Source of the DNA: Dehalococcoidia bacterium
GTDB taxonomy: Bacteria; Chloroflexota; Dehalococcoidia; GIF9; UBA5629
Assembly: GCA_034436215.1 (NCBI GenBank)
Contig: DAOTVU010000060.1
Coordinates: forward strand, 5,994 to 69,993
DNA: 64,000 nucleotides
Direction of reading: 5' to 3'
Below, in pieces: positions 1 through 9,616 of this stretch; the stretch's first letter is position 1; every line of letters starts with the position of its first letter. A model generated the notes under the pieces. That model made no database searches, was not told the origin of the DNA, and saw nothing but the letters and a program-made list of their open reading frames with translations. Made by a program: the position numbers and the translations under genes.

Positions 1-334
1 CACCGATAAGTATCAATCCCGTGGCAAGGTCATGTAACCGGCCAAGCAGCAGTAGAGCCAGCAGCCAGCATAAAAAGGGTGCAAAAATGAAGTTAAGACC
101 GAGTCCCAAAATAAACGCTCGCCAATCACGAATTGCCATAGCAATGCCCCTTATAACGACAGTAAAGCCCATGGCCCCAATCATGATGACAATCAGCGGA
201 GTATTAAACTGCCTGATAAAAATACCCGGAGCAGGTGATATCAATCCTGTTATTATACCTATGCCAAGGGCACATAAAATTAAATAAGCGTAATTCTTAC
301 GTACAAATTCAGCATAAGCCTGCAACCATTTCAT
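1..334 (-). CDS. BART-superfamily (ACR3/BASS-like) transporter, 5' fragment (N-terminal ~111 aa; rest lies beyond window start)
   Basis: Minus-strand translation from ATG at 334: MKWLQAYAEFVRKNYAYLILCALGIGIITGLISPAPGIFIRQF... hydrophobic multi-TM. ATGA overlap with stop of the next gene. Absent from the ORF track because the ORF is open at the window edge. Confidence 0.45.
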   Translation of the reverse strand, partial: MKWLQAYAEFVRKNYAYLILCALGIGIITGLISPAPGIFIRQFNTPLIVIMIGAMGFTVVIRGIAMAIRDWRAFILGLGLNFIFAPFLCWLLALLLLGRLHDLATGLILIG

Positions 335-1083
335 TTCAACAAATCCCAGACCATTTTTATGGCAATTAAATACAGCACAATCCCTAAAGTCAGTTTAACC
401 TGAGATGGGTTCAGCTTTTTCCTCATTAAATAAGCTCCCAGAAGCGCACCACCTATAGAACCGACGACGCAGAGAGCTAACAGGTAGATATCTACATTCC
501 CCGTGCTTACATGACTTAGAAACCCGGCCAGTGAAGAAAATATCACTATAAAAGCCGTAGTAGCCACCGCTTTCCTGGTATCAATCCCCAGCAAGACCAG
601 TGCCGGCGCAATGATATTTCCTCCACCCACTCCCAGAAGACCGCCCAGAAAACCCGCCAGAGAACCAACGCCCGCACCGAAAGCAATTTCTTTATTAGGG
701 CTTGCTTCAATATGTCTGTCATGTGGTCTGTAAAACAACATCATTGTCGCTGCAAAAACAATAAAGCCTGTTAATATCCATTTAAGCAGACTCTCGGGCA
801 GGCGGCCGGCGGTAACAGCTCCCAGGGGAGACAGTACGGTAGCAGCGACCAGCACAGGTACAGCCGTTCTGAAAAGGATCAGCTTTGCCCGGCTAAAGCT
901 GATTGAGGCAAAAGCCATGGATACGGAATTCAGTAAAAGCGCAGTCGACATGGCAGTCAGCAACGGAATACCCATGGCGATAAAAACGGGGATAAGAATG
1001 AAGGCCGCTCCTACGCCGGATATCGTCAGCACCGTGGTAAAAGCAAAGGTTATCAGAGCCGCAATAAGATACAGTTGGTTCAT
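331..1083 (-). CDS. TauE/SafE family anion (sulfite) exporter, membrane protein
   Basis: 250 aa, ~8 TM, Gly-rich repeats (GLLGVGGG) typical of DUF81/TauE. Confidence 0.7.
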   Translation of the reverse strand: MNQLYLIAALITFAFTTVLTISGVGAAFILIPVFIAMGIPLLTAMSTALLLNSVSMAFASISFSRAKLILFRTAVPVLVAATVLSPLGAVTAGRLPESLLKWILTGFIVFAATMMLFYRPHDRHIEASPNKEIAFGAGVGSLAGFLGGLLGVGGGNIIAPALVLLGIDTRKAVATTAFIVIFSSLAGFLSHVSTGNVDIYLLALCVVGSIGGALLGAYLMRKKLNPSQVKLTLGIVLYLIAIKMVWDLLK

Positions 1084-1169
1084 TTAATCAGTACTCCCGT
1101 ATCATCTCCCGCTTTAGATACAAGATACAAGCTTTAAACTTTTACAAAGCAGTACATGGGCCATTCGAT

Positions 1170-1817
1170 TCAACTGTAAATCGCCTCTACCCATATCAGG
1201 TTATTAGCACTGACGACTTCCTTTAATTGTTCTACCATCGGACGTATGTCCTCCATCTGTGTGGATGTAATGTAAAAGCTCATATATCCGGGAGTCTTTT
1301 CCATAAGGCCTTTGATGGTGGGAATATCAAGCTTCAATTCAACTATATCGAACGGTTTATCCTTAATCAAATCCTCTAATTTAAGTAAAAAGCGCTGCTC
1401 TCCGAACACGCCAGAGATACGTATCTGTGCCCGCGTGGCCCTTGATGTGATTTTTTCTTCTGCTATTTTACGATCCTCAGCTACCTCAGATTTAGTGCGT
1501 TTAGCCGCCGCCTCTTTATGCACCTCCTTGAAAATCTTGTACTCCCGTTCTATTTTCCAGACAGTATCCCTCGAAGGAAAGGCAATGGCCTGAGTAGGAC
1601 AGACCATGGCACAGGTAGTGCAACCTACCATGCAGTTATAAGGACGCTCTACAGTTGCTTTATGCCTGTTATCAGGATTAATCTCAAAAACTTCTCGGCC
1701 GCAGGTTACATAGCATAATTCACACCCGATGCATTTCTCAGCATCGATTGTCGGAAACCATGGGATATTCTTCCTGGGCACACCGTGCCATAATGTCTGG
1801 CTTAAATCCTTAGCCAT
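1170..1817 (-). CDS. 2x[4Fe-4S] ferredoxin-domain protein with C-terminal NIL-like domain
   Basis: Two CxxCxxCxxxCP motifs (CIGCELCYVTCGREV; CMVGCTTCAMVCP). C-terminal ~110 aa extension. Confidence 0.7.
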   Translation of the reverse strand: MAKDLSQTLWHGVPRKNIPWFPTIDAEKCIGCELCYVTCGREVFEINPDNRHKATVERPYNCMVGCTTCAMVCPTQAIAFPSRDTVWKIEREYKIFKEVHKEAAAKRTKSEVAEDRKIAEEKITSRATRAQIRISGVFGEQRFLLKLEDLIKDKPFDIVELKLDIPTIKGLMEKTPGYMSFYITSTQMEDIRPMVEQLKEVVSANNLIWVEAIYS

Positions 1818-1926
1818 TTTATACCTCCTTATAACTCGGGTATGAAACCCATACCTGTTTTTTTCAATTTACCGGTTAATAAATCCCGGAATAATGAATA
1901 TACCCAAAATCTACATAATGAATTTT

Positions 1927-2964
1927 TCATTTTAATTTTCTTATCTTCCTCAGCATCAATGAAACGGGATGCCGCTTCTTTCTTTTTTCTAACTCATTTT
2001 CGACAAATTCTTGCTCTTCTTTCCTGATAAATCTGTAGAATAAACTCAACATCGGCATTTGAACGATAAAACAAAAAATCACAGCCAGAACGATGGGGCC
2101 GGAAAAAGTTGAAAGTGCCAGGGCGATGCCAATGGAGAGGTTTTTGGAAGTGGTACCATAAACAATGGGCATCTGATTGTCGTAGGAATTAATAAACAGG
2201 CCGGAAAAAAAGAGCGTGACCAGGAACGTAATCAGATAGTAACTTAATGAAAGCAGTAATCCCCAAATGATTAACTGGGGCTGGCTGATAATCGCTCCGA
2301 CTTTCAGGGAGACGGAGATAAAAACGACGAGCAGGGCACACATGCTGGAAATCGTGGATAAGGAAGGTTTCCATGATTTAATCTGTTTTGAGGAATATTT
2401 TTTCTTTAATAATAGCTGGGTAATAAAACCGGCAATTAAAGGCAGAAATATATAAAGCAGGAGATTTTGAATTAACAGCCATTGAGAAAACTTAACGGAG
2501 TTTGGAAGAAGCAAGGCCAGAGTTAAAGGTATGGTTAAAAGAGCTAAAATAAAAGTCGCAGTCTGTAAAATCATCGCTAATTCAATATTGGCATCCAGGA
2601 GTCCCGTCCAGGAGACGATCATTCCACCGGGTGGCATTGTAGCTGCCAGGATTAAGCCGCTCTTCAAATAATCGTATTTTTCTGGAAAAGCAAAATTTAT
2701 CAAATAAGCAACCAGCGGCGCCAAAACTAAAATCGCTAATATCCCCCAAACAAGTTCCCTCCTATATTTACGAATATCGACCAGTTCTTTAAAGTCTATG
2801 GCAATAACCATTACAAAAATCATTAAAAACAGAACGGGCACAATAAGAACCTGCAATAAAGAAGCTATATGAGGGAACAGCCAGCCGAAAAGAAAACCAA
2901 CTAATATCGAAGTTAAAACCAGTGAAAATAAATTCTTCCTAAAAAATTGATTGATTTTTTCCAT
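1927..2964 (-). CDS. BART-superfamily transporter (bile acid:Na+ symporter / ACR3-like fold)
   Basis: 345 aa, ~10 TM, two-repeat architecture. Lacks the conserved Cys of genuine ACR3 arsenite carriers, so substrate is left open. Confidence 0.55.
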   Translation of the reverse strand: MEKINQFFRKNLFSLVLTSILVGFLFGWLFPHIASLLQVLIVPVLFLMIFVMVIAIDFKELVDIRKYRRELVWGILAILVLAPLVAYLINFAFPEKYDYLKSGLILAATMPPGGMIVSWTGLLDANIELAMILQTATFILALLTIPLTLALLLPNSVKFSQWLLIQNLLLYIFLPLIAGFITQLLLKKKYSSKQIKSWKPSLSTISSMCALLVVFISVSLKVGAIISQPQLIIWGLLLSLSYYLITFLVTLFFSGLFINSYDNQMPIVYGTTSKNLSIGIALALSTFSGPIVLAVIFCFIVQMPMLSLFYRFIRKEEQEFVENELEKRKKRHPVSLMLRKIRKLK

Positions 2965-3014
2965 TTATACGTTGTCTCCCATGGGAGATAATAAGATTAT
3001 CCTAAATGGCACTC

Positions 3015-3452
3015 TCACTCTTTCAGGCTTTTCAAGATTAATTCCTTAGCCTTCCTCACATCGTCAGGATCTATATATTCCATCAGATCTTTTATTCCTT
3101 CACCTATATCTTCGTGAAGCGCTTTTTTCTTCATGCCGATATCTTTTACCAGCACAATACTTTTAGTCGGTTTCATGCCGGACTGTTCCACCGTCTTCCT
3201 CGCGCACTCAAACAGGCAGCCATCCACAGTGATGATTTTCTTGGCCGCCCTTGTCTTGCCGAGCACCGGCTTTACTCCCAGCGGCAGTGCTCCCAGACAG
3301 CCGATTGCCACCTTCTCCAGCCCTAACTCTTTGACGGCATCCAGACAGGCCAGCGCACTGGTAATACCGGTATTCGACAGACCACCAAAACAGGAAAAAA
3401 TGATGTTCTCATGTGTCTTCATTCCTTCTTCCCAGTGTTTTTCTTCTGCCAT
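3015..3452 (-). CDS. DGC-domain (putative Zn-binding) protein
   Basis: 145 aa with motif VDGCLFECARK and several conserved Cys. Confidence 0.5.
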   Translation of the reverse strand: MAEEKHWEEGMKTHENIIFSCFGGLSNTGITSALACLDAVKELGLEKVAIGCLGALPLGVKPVLGKTRAAKKIITVDGCLFECARKTVEQSGMKPTKSIVLVKDIGMKKKALHEDIGEGIKDLMEYIDPDDVRKAKELILKSLKE

Positions 3453-3525
3453 CTTAAAAATAAACTCCTTAAAAAATATATTATTCGTTATATGATGGTT
3501 ATATTACGTATTTCGTCCGTTTAGT

Positions 3526-5253
3526 TCACTTCAAATATGCATTGAGTATCTTCTCCAGCTCTGCTGCGCTATTGAATTGCAGGTTATTATTTAAAACTAT
3601 CCCCGACTTATCCAGCAGATAATATGTCGGGACAAACAAAACGTTATATGCGGCCCCGACTTTATTTTCGGCATCGTATAATACCGGAAATCTAAAATTC
3701 TCAGCGGTTACATAATTTTTGATGGCTGTTTCTCTGCCCGCTCCATGAATTGTAACTATGGCTACTTTATCCGTCGGGATCTTATCATACACTTCCTGAA
3801 CCATCGGCATTTTCATCTGGCAGGTGGGGCAGGATATGTTCCAGAAGGCCAACAGCGTAATTTTCCCGCGGAGCTGGTTTGAGTTAAAAGGCTCGCCATT
3901 AATGGTTTTAAGTTGAAACGAGGGTGCACGCTGGGTAACTGCAGTTCCGGCGGCCAGTGAAAAACTGCCCGTATATTCCGCCATCAGCCTGTGCCCGTAG
4001 GGGTCTATGGATTTAATCCTGAACTTATATATACCGTTTTCCGCCAGGCCGGTAAGCGAAACGGCATGATTTGTTGAAGCTTCAATTCCGGTGATAGACT
4101 GGAATTTATTTTCTCCTTCCAGCCAGTAATCCACCTCTGCCGTGGTAGGACGGTCAGTTTCCCATACGATAGTAACGGCATCGCCCGTCATATCCTTAAT
4201 GGCAGGATTTATGATAACAGGCGGCTTTTCCAGCGTGGTAAACGAATACTGCGGAGATATGCCTTTACCGCCTTTTCTGTCACTGAACAGTATCTGAAAA
4301 TAATATGTGGTGGCCTCATTAAGATTATCAATCACGATGCTGTGCACGGTGCGGGTTGTGTTCTCCGACCAGGTACCCGCTATTGCCCCATTTCTGTCAT
4401 ATACCAGTATATCTACGATTTCGGGATTTGCTGTGGTAAACGTAATACGGGCATTGCTGGAACCGATATCTACAACCGTAACGTTATCGGTTACAGCAAA
4501 GCCGTTCGTCTGCCCGCTGTTTTTTGCTTCTTTGAAGTTGATCGTGCCGGTCACTGTCAGGACTGCGAGAACAATACCCGCAATCCCGATCAAATAGCCC
4601 AGTGAGGCCCACAGGTTGTTACGATATAAGCGCGATAACTTCCATAAAGTGGTCGACCACAGGGAATTTACCCTGCTCTTTACCGGGCATGTCAGCGGTC
4701 GGCCGGCACTTAATCGAAGCGTTACGAAATCGATTAATTGTATGGCAGGCCACCGGCTGGCCAGAAACCTTCCCGGTTGCATGAATATAACGATTAAAGC
4801 CAGCAGCATCAGGACTATGTCAATGATCAGCGATTGCAGAGGTGTAAGGTGGCCGAATATCATCTCCCAGATACCGAAACAACCTGCACAGGTAGCATAA
4901 CTCCCGGCAATAATCGCCCATACATTGGTAGCGGCGAAAATCGCTGAGAGCGGTATACAGAGCAGTGCGGACAGACGCGGTACAAAACCCAGCAACAGTA
5001 GAATGCCCAGCAACAGTTCAGCAATGGGGAAGATATACGGCACAACTATTTTAACAATGAAATGCAGCAACCACGGCGACAGAAGAAATTCCGGCAACAC
5101 GGCATAAATAAAATTCATTACCTGAGACGATGTCTCCAATTCTCCGAGCAGTTTACCGGTCCCTGAGGCAAGAAAAGTCAGCCCGATCAACAGGCCTGCT
5201 ATCAGGCTGGAATATTCACGCACTGGTAACAATTTTGTGCTGTCAAGACGCAT
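3526..5253 (-). CDS. Fusion protein: MauE/DoxX-like membrane domain + FN3/Ig-like domain + TlpA-like thioredoxin (CPTC)
   Basis: N-terminal ~230 aa multi-TM, central beta-rich domains, C-terminal AFWNISCPTCQMKMPMV thioredoxin motif. Confidence 0.65.
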   Translation of the reverse strand: MRLDSTKLLPVREYSSLIAGLLIGLTFLASGTGKLLGELETSSQVMNFIYAVLPEFLLSPWLLHFIVKIVVPYIFPIAELLLGILLLLGFVPRLSALLCIPLSAIFAATNVWAIIAGSYATCAGCFGIWEMIFGHLTPLQSLIIDIVLMLLALIVIFMQPGRFLASRWPAIQLIDFVTLRLSAGRPLTCPVKSRVNSLWSTTLWKLSRLYRNNLWASLGYLIGIAGIVLAVLTVTGTINFKEAKNSGQTNGFAVTDNVTVVDIGSSNARITFTTANPEIVDILVYDRNGAIAGTWSENTTRTVHSIVIDNLNEATTYYFQILFSDRKGGKGISPQYSFTTLEKPPVIINPAIKDMTGDAVTIVWETDRPTTAEVDYWLEGENKFQSITGIEASTNHAVSLTGLAENGIYKFRIKSIDPYGHRLMAEYTGSFSLAAGTAVTQRAPSFQLKTINGEPFNSNQLRGKITLLAFWNISCPTCQMKMPMVQEVYDKIPTDKVAIVTIHGAGRETAIKNYVTAENFRFPVLYDAENKVGAAYNVLFVPTYYLLDKSGIVLNNNLQFNSAAELEKILNAYLK

Positions 5254-5271
5254 ATTATTCCTCCCTGCACA

Positions 5272-5964
5272 TCAATATCGGGGGCAACAAAATACATCGA
5301 AATCGACCTGACCTTTCGCTTCATTTCGCATTCCATCTTCAGCCATAACTGTAATCAGATAATGGCCGACATTCGGCGGGGCGGTGAAAAAAGCCGTATC
5401 GCATGAACCCGAATCCAGTGCTGGTGACCCGGGGTCGGCCTTTAAAAATCCACCGCTCTTAGACCATCGATATTTTATTTCTCCGCCTGCCGCATTATCT
5501 ACGATGCAGTGTATGCGTGTTCTGGTGCCGACTTTCACCGTACGTTTGATCAGTACATTTTCGCCTGATGACATGGAAAGCTTTAAATCGACATTGGGGG
5601 TTGTTGTGCCATCCGCATTGGTCAGCACCCGGATGCCAACCGATTTCGTGGCCACTCCGCCTTTTCCATCGCTGACCCTGACTTCTACAGTATAATCTCC
5701 CATCGTATCCGGCGTTATCCAGACTATGTTCGATCCACCGCCGTGAAACTGGCCACTATCCGCCGCCCACTCATATTTCAAAGGGTCGCCATCGGGATCC
5801 TCTGAGATACAGATCAGCTCAAGATCCTGTCGGGCCATGGCGTCGTGAGCGCAGACTAACTCCTTTATTACCGGAGCCGCATTGTGCGGTGCGGAAATTT
5901 TCGGCGGTTCTGCACAGCCGGCACATAGGGCAATCACAAAAGCAGCAACCATCAGCCGTCTCAT
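5272..5964 (-). CDS. PKD-domain lipoprotein ending in vicinal Cys pair (…DVFCCPRY)
   Basis: Signal/lipobox LCAGCA. PKD-like motif DPDGDPLKYEWAADSG. Paralog of 7105..7812. Confidence 0.55.
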   Translation of the reverse strand: MRRLMVAAFVIALCAGCAEPPKISAPHNAAPVIKELVCAHDAMARQDLELICISEDPDGDPLKYEWAADSGQFHGGGSNIVWITPDTMGDYTVEVRVSDGKGGVATKSVGIRVLTNADGTTTPNVDLKLSMSSGENVLIKRTVKVGTRTRIHCIVDNAAGGEIKYRWSKSGGFLKADPGSPALDSGSCDTAFFTAPPNVGHYLITVMAEDGMRNEAKGQVDFDVFCCPRY

Positions 5965-6590
5965 CGCTGAGATATCCCCACCTTTTCCAGTATCTTCAAT
6001 ATACTGTCCTTGTCTATATATCCGAGATTGCGTGCGACCTCCTTACCATCCGCAGTAAAAAATATCTGAGTCGGTATTGCCCTGATACCATAACGGGTAA
6101 CCAGCTTCTCCTGTTCGGGGTCATATACTTCCACAATTACCACATTCAACCGGTCTTTATATTCAACTGCCAGTTCTTCAAGAATGGGCTTCATAGCCTT
6201 GCAGGGGATGCACGTGCGCCAGCCGAAGTCGGCCAGCGTGGGTCTGCCGTTTCCCAGAACGCTATCCAGAGGTATCCTGGTTATATCAGCTCCGTCGCCA
6301 CTTTTATTTTGTCCGGACGTATCGACGCCGGTCTGTGTCCTGTCCATCGAGTTGCTACCGCCATCATTTTTATAAGGTATGTCGGCAACCGGCGTAGCAG
6401 CCGTCGATGTATTTGAACAGCCCAGCACGGCTGCAATCAGAATAAACAATGAAAATGTCAATATCGCTTTAACCCGAATAAATCCCCGCAATGCGCCTCC
6501 GGCAGACCTCATATTTATAGAAACTTTGCTTCCATCTTCACACATTTTTAACTTCTCCGGTTTAGCCGATATTTTCCAGCCGTTTTCCAC
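5961..6590 (-). CDS. Membrane-anchored thioredoxin-family protein (CIPC active site)
   Basis: N-terminal TM, Ser/Thr/Gly linker, WRTCIPCKAMKP...AIPTQIFF thioredoxin fold signature. Confidence 0.7.
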   Translation of the reverse strand: MENGWKISAKPEKLKMCEDGSKVSINMRSAGGALRGFIRVKAILTFSLFILIAAVLGCSNTSTAATPVADIPYKNDGGSNSMDRTQTGVDTSGQNKSGDGADITRIPLDSVLGNGRPTLADFGWRTCIPCKAMKPILEELAVEYKDRLNVVIVEVYDPEQEKLVTRYGIRAIPTQIFFTADGKEVARNLGYIDKDSILKILEKVGISQR

Positions 6591-6622
6591 GGCCCATTTT
6601 CGCCCTCAATTCCGTCCATATT

Positions 6623-7108
6623 TCAATAATCGCCCTCCAATGCTCTGGTGATAACCTGCTTCAAAGCCTGTTTGAACTTTGCCTTATCGGTAAAGTACTC
6701 CCAAACCTCATCAGCGAAAACGATACGCTGGGACTGACCATGAACTATGGTCATACCCAGACAAAATGGGGCAGGATCATATTTTTTGACAATGGCGGCA
6801 TTCTGAGCCACATCAGAGGCTACAAACAGGAACTTAAGTTTGCCCGATTCGATCTCATTTTTAAACTCCTGCGTCACGGTTTCTCTGATATTTTCACCCG
6901 CCTCGGCCAGACATTCACAGGGAGGCGGATTACTCTTATAAAAATAGACGACCTCGACGCTATCCGGAGGTCCGGAAGGCTTAGCAGTCCCCGAAGTACT
7001 GGCCACCGGCCTGCCGCATGACGTTAGTATTACCAAAACAACGATGGAAACAATTAATATAAATTTAGGATTAGTGGTATATTTCATAGGTCTCCTTTTT
7101 AAACTCAA
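6623..7108 (-). CDS. Lipoprotein with CxC motif (paralog of 8625..9221), possible thioredoxin-like/ArsD-like fold
   Basis: LTSCG lipobox. VEVVYFYKSNPPPCEC...SGKLKF shared with 8625..9221 (VDVIYFHPNQRCVTCLC...SGKLTY). Confidence 0.45.
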   Translation of the reverse strand: MSLKRRPMKYTTNPKFILIVSIVVLVILTSCGRPVASTSGTAKPSGPPDSVEVVYFYKSNPPPCECLAEAGENIRETVTQEFKNEIESGKLKFLFVASDVAQNAAIVKKYDPAPFCLGMTIVHGQSQRIVFADEVWEYFTDKAKFKQALKQVITRALEGDY

Positions 7109-7812
7109 TTACCGCAACAGAAAACATGTATGTTAACCTGCCCTCTGGCCTGCTTTCCGCTGCCATCTTTTACCACGACATCAACTGTATAATCACCGAT
7201 GCTACCGGGTGCTATCCATCCGATAGTATCTGCCCTTCCTTCCTGTAAATCTCTGGCTTTTATCTTCCCGCCGGTGGACGACCACGTATATGTCAGCCGG
7301 TCACCACCACCGTTTTCCACCAGACAGACTATATTGGTTGTTGTCCAGATACGGGCGCGCTGATTACCGAGAACAACCGGCTGGTCATTACCCAGTTTCA
7401 GTTTTAATTCTATAGTCGGCGTTGCAGTACCGTCAGCATTGGTAACCACTCTTATTTCAATAGTGCGATTAGCAACACCGCCTTTCCCATCCATCACCCT
7501 GACAGACACGGGATAGGTGCCCATTTTCCCAGGCGGAACCCACACAATACTTGCCCCATCACCCCGGATATTGCCTGCATCTGCTGTCCATGTATACATA
7601 AGATTATCGCCATCCGGATCACTGGCCACGCACTGTATTTCTACGTCCGAATTGGAGAATACATCTTTAGGATAAATCACGTCTTCAATTACAGGTGGCC
7701 TATTGGCCTGCATGGACACATGGCCTGTTCCCGAACACGAAAGCAACGACCCAAACAGTGTGGCTATCGTTATCAGCAGAAAAACCGTATATATTACTCC
7801 TGTTTGCCTCAA
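7105..7812 (-). CDS. PKD-domain lipoprotein ending in vicinal Cys pair (…HVFCCGN)
   Basis: DPDGDNLMYTWTADAG...MDGKGGVANRTIEIRVVTNADGTATP, near-identical blocks to 5272..5964. ATGA overlap with upstream gene. Confidence 0.55.
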   Translation of the reverse strand: MRQTGVIYTVFLLITIATLFGSLLSCSGTGHVSMQANRPPVIEDVIYPKDVFSNSDVEIQCVASDPDGDNLMYTWTADAGNIRGDGASIVWVPPGKMGTYPVSVRVMDGKGGVANRTIEIRVVTNADGTATPTIELKLKLGNDQPVVLGNQRARIWTTTNIVCLVENGGGDRLTYTWSSTGGKIKARDLQEGRADTIGWIAPGSIGDYTVDVVVKDGSGKQARGQVNIHVFCCGN

Positions 7813-7835
7813 GATATAATCATTCCTCCATCAAA

Positions 7836-8555
7836 TTAACTCTGGTTCAAGCCACTGAGAATCAGGGGAACCATGTAATAAATGCCGACGCCAATAAACA
7901 CCAGGGCAATGACAATACGCAGAATTTTTTCACTTCGTGTAACAGCATCAATCCATTTCGATAAACTGGCCACGCCAAGAGATATAAGCATTCCAAATAA
8001 TAACACAGGCAACCCGGTCCCGATAGCGAAAAAGGCCGGCAGAATCACGCCCTCGGTTGTTCTCAGAGCCAGTGGAATCAAAACGGCGAAAAACAGAACC
8101 GCGCTGTACGGACAGAAGGCCAGGGCAAAAATCGCACCCAGGGGCAATCCACCGATCATACCCAGGTCGGCAACTTTTCCTCCCGCCGATGAGAGGACAT
8201 TCCCACTGCTCCCGAAGGAAATCCGGTCTATAAAAAGCATTAACAGCCCGACGACAACTAGAAACGGGCCCAGTGCCTTCTCACCCACCTCCTGCACAAA
8301 TATCGAAATACCGGGAATGCTGAGGCCGAGGTAGATAATCAGCGCCCCCAGAACCGTATAGGTTAGCATGCGCCCTGCGGTATAAAGCGAAGCCGTCAGC
8401 ACTGCATACTTGCGATCGGTCAATTTGCGCCCCACATAGGCCAGGGCCGCAATGTTGGTGGCCATTGTACACGGGCCGATGGTCGCCATCAGCCCCAGGA
8501 AAAAGGCCGATATGATGGGGATATTGTTACCCGAGGTAAGCGCAGATAAATCCAT
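7836..8555 (-). CDS. CcdA/DsbD-family thiol:disulfide interchange membrane protein
   Basis: 239 aa, 6-8 TM, conserved Cys in TM1 (IGPCTMATN) typical of the DsbD transmembrane family. Confidence 0.6.
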   Translation of the reverse strand: MDLSALTSGNNIPIISAFFLGLMATIGPCTMATNIAALAYVGRKLTDRKYAVLTASLYTAGRMLTYTVLGALIIYLGLSIPGISIFVQEVGEKALGPFLVVVGLLMLFIDRISFGSSGNVLSSAGGKVADLGMIGGLPLGAIFALAFCPYSAVLFFAVLIPLALRTTEGVILPAFFAIGTGLPVLLFGMLISLGVASLSKWIDAVTRSEKILRIVIALVFIGVGIYYMVPLILSGLNQS

Positions 8556-8624
8556 TACATCTCCTATTTAATAATATTAATAATACATATTGCTTGAGCT
8601 TTATGCGCAACGTTCATTTTCTCA

Positions 8625-9221
8625 TCACTGTATTTTAAGCAGGCTCTGGTCAATAGCATCCTTAACCTTGAGCTGAAAGCCGCGAGGGTTTGTTTCACAT
8701 TTCCAGTTCCATATACCCTGAATATCCTTTATATTATCGACGCCCCCGATTATGGTGTTCACAAACAGCTGTGAACCCACGGCACGATATTTTCTGACGA
8801 TGTCAGCATTTTCCTGTTTCTGGATATTCAGAACCCTGTAGGTCAATTTCCCGCTGGCCATGGCATCCTGATAATATTTTTCTATTACCGTGTTGATATT
8901 TTGTTCAAAACACAAACAGGTCACACATCGCTGATTAGGGTGAAAATAAATGACATCCACACGGTTTATTTTATCCGAATTGGCCGGCGGTTGATGTTTA
9001 ACAGAATCTGCTGCCGCTGCGGCATCCTGATCGGATGAACTCTGACCTGCCGCTTGATTTCCAGCAGGGGGCTGGTCAGAATTCTTCTCTCCCGCCTGCG
9101 GTTGGCCTGCTGCCGGCACCTGAGGTTGTACACCGGATGATGCCGGGCTACAGCTCACCGCAACCGGCACAAAAATACAACTCACGATTATCAATAATAT
9201 CCCGATAAGCGTCGGCTTCAA
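8625..9221 (-). CDS. Lipoprotein with CxxCxC motif and Q/A/P-rich linker (paralog of 6623..7108)
   Basis: VAVSCS lipobox, low-complexity linker, conserved C-terminal domain shared with 6623..7108. Confidence 0.45.
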   Translation of the reverse strand: MKPTLIGILLIIVSCIFVPVAVSCSPASSGVQPQVPAAGQPQAGEKNSDQPPAGNQAAGQSSSDQDAAAAADSVKHQPPANSDKINRVDVIYFHPNQRCVTCLCFEQNINTVIEKYYQDAMASGKLTYRVLNIQKQENADIVRKYRAVGSQLFVNTIIGGVDNIKDIQGIWNWKCETNPRGFQLKVKDAIDQSLLKIQ

Positions 9222-9332
9222 AATATTCGCTCTCTCCCCATAGCAAATCGAGAATTCATTTCATGTGGATCATCCACGACAGGTTTAAATATAAACTGTA
9301 AATTTTCGCGGATAACCCACAAATTTATCCAT

Positions 9333-9599
9333 TTACCGGCTTTTGGCTTCTTCCTCATAAGCCATGGCGTTCATGATTAACTGTTCAACCTCGGCTCTGG
9401 TCGGAACCTTGCCGCTGAGTACCACCTTATCGTTAATAACCAAACCGGGGGTCATAAGTATAGGGTATTGCATAATCTTCCGCATATCCCTGACCTCCTC
9501 GACGGTAATATCAAGCTGCAAGGTGGATACCACTTCCTTAACAATTTTTTCCAGTGCCACACATTTGGCACATCCGGGACCGAGAACTTTGATATGCAT
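9333..9599 (-). CDS. Thioredoxin-like 'redox-active disulfide protein 2'
   Basis: 88 aa, MHIKVLGPGCAKC N-terminal CxxC, classic small thioredoxin-fold family. Confidence 0.75.
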   Translation of the reverse strand: MHIKVLGPGCAKCVALEKIVKEVVSTLQLDITVEEVRDMRKIMQYPILMTPGLVINDKVVLSGKVPTRAEVEQLIMNAMAYEEEAKSR

Positions 9600-9616
9600 G
9601 CATTTACCTCCGATTG

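Noticed and set aside
21-287. 88-aa plus-strand ORF at window start
   Set aside because: Antisense to a convincing minus-strand transporter N-terminus that is ATGA-coupled to the next gene. Low-complexity Ser/Arg-rich translation.
1927-2964. Specific call as ACR3 arsenite efflux pump
   Set aside because: Fold and size fit, but the conserved catalytic Cys of ACR3 (…PCTAMV…) is replaced (…PPGGMIV…). Kept as generic BART/BASS-type transporter.
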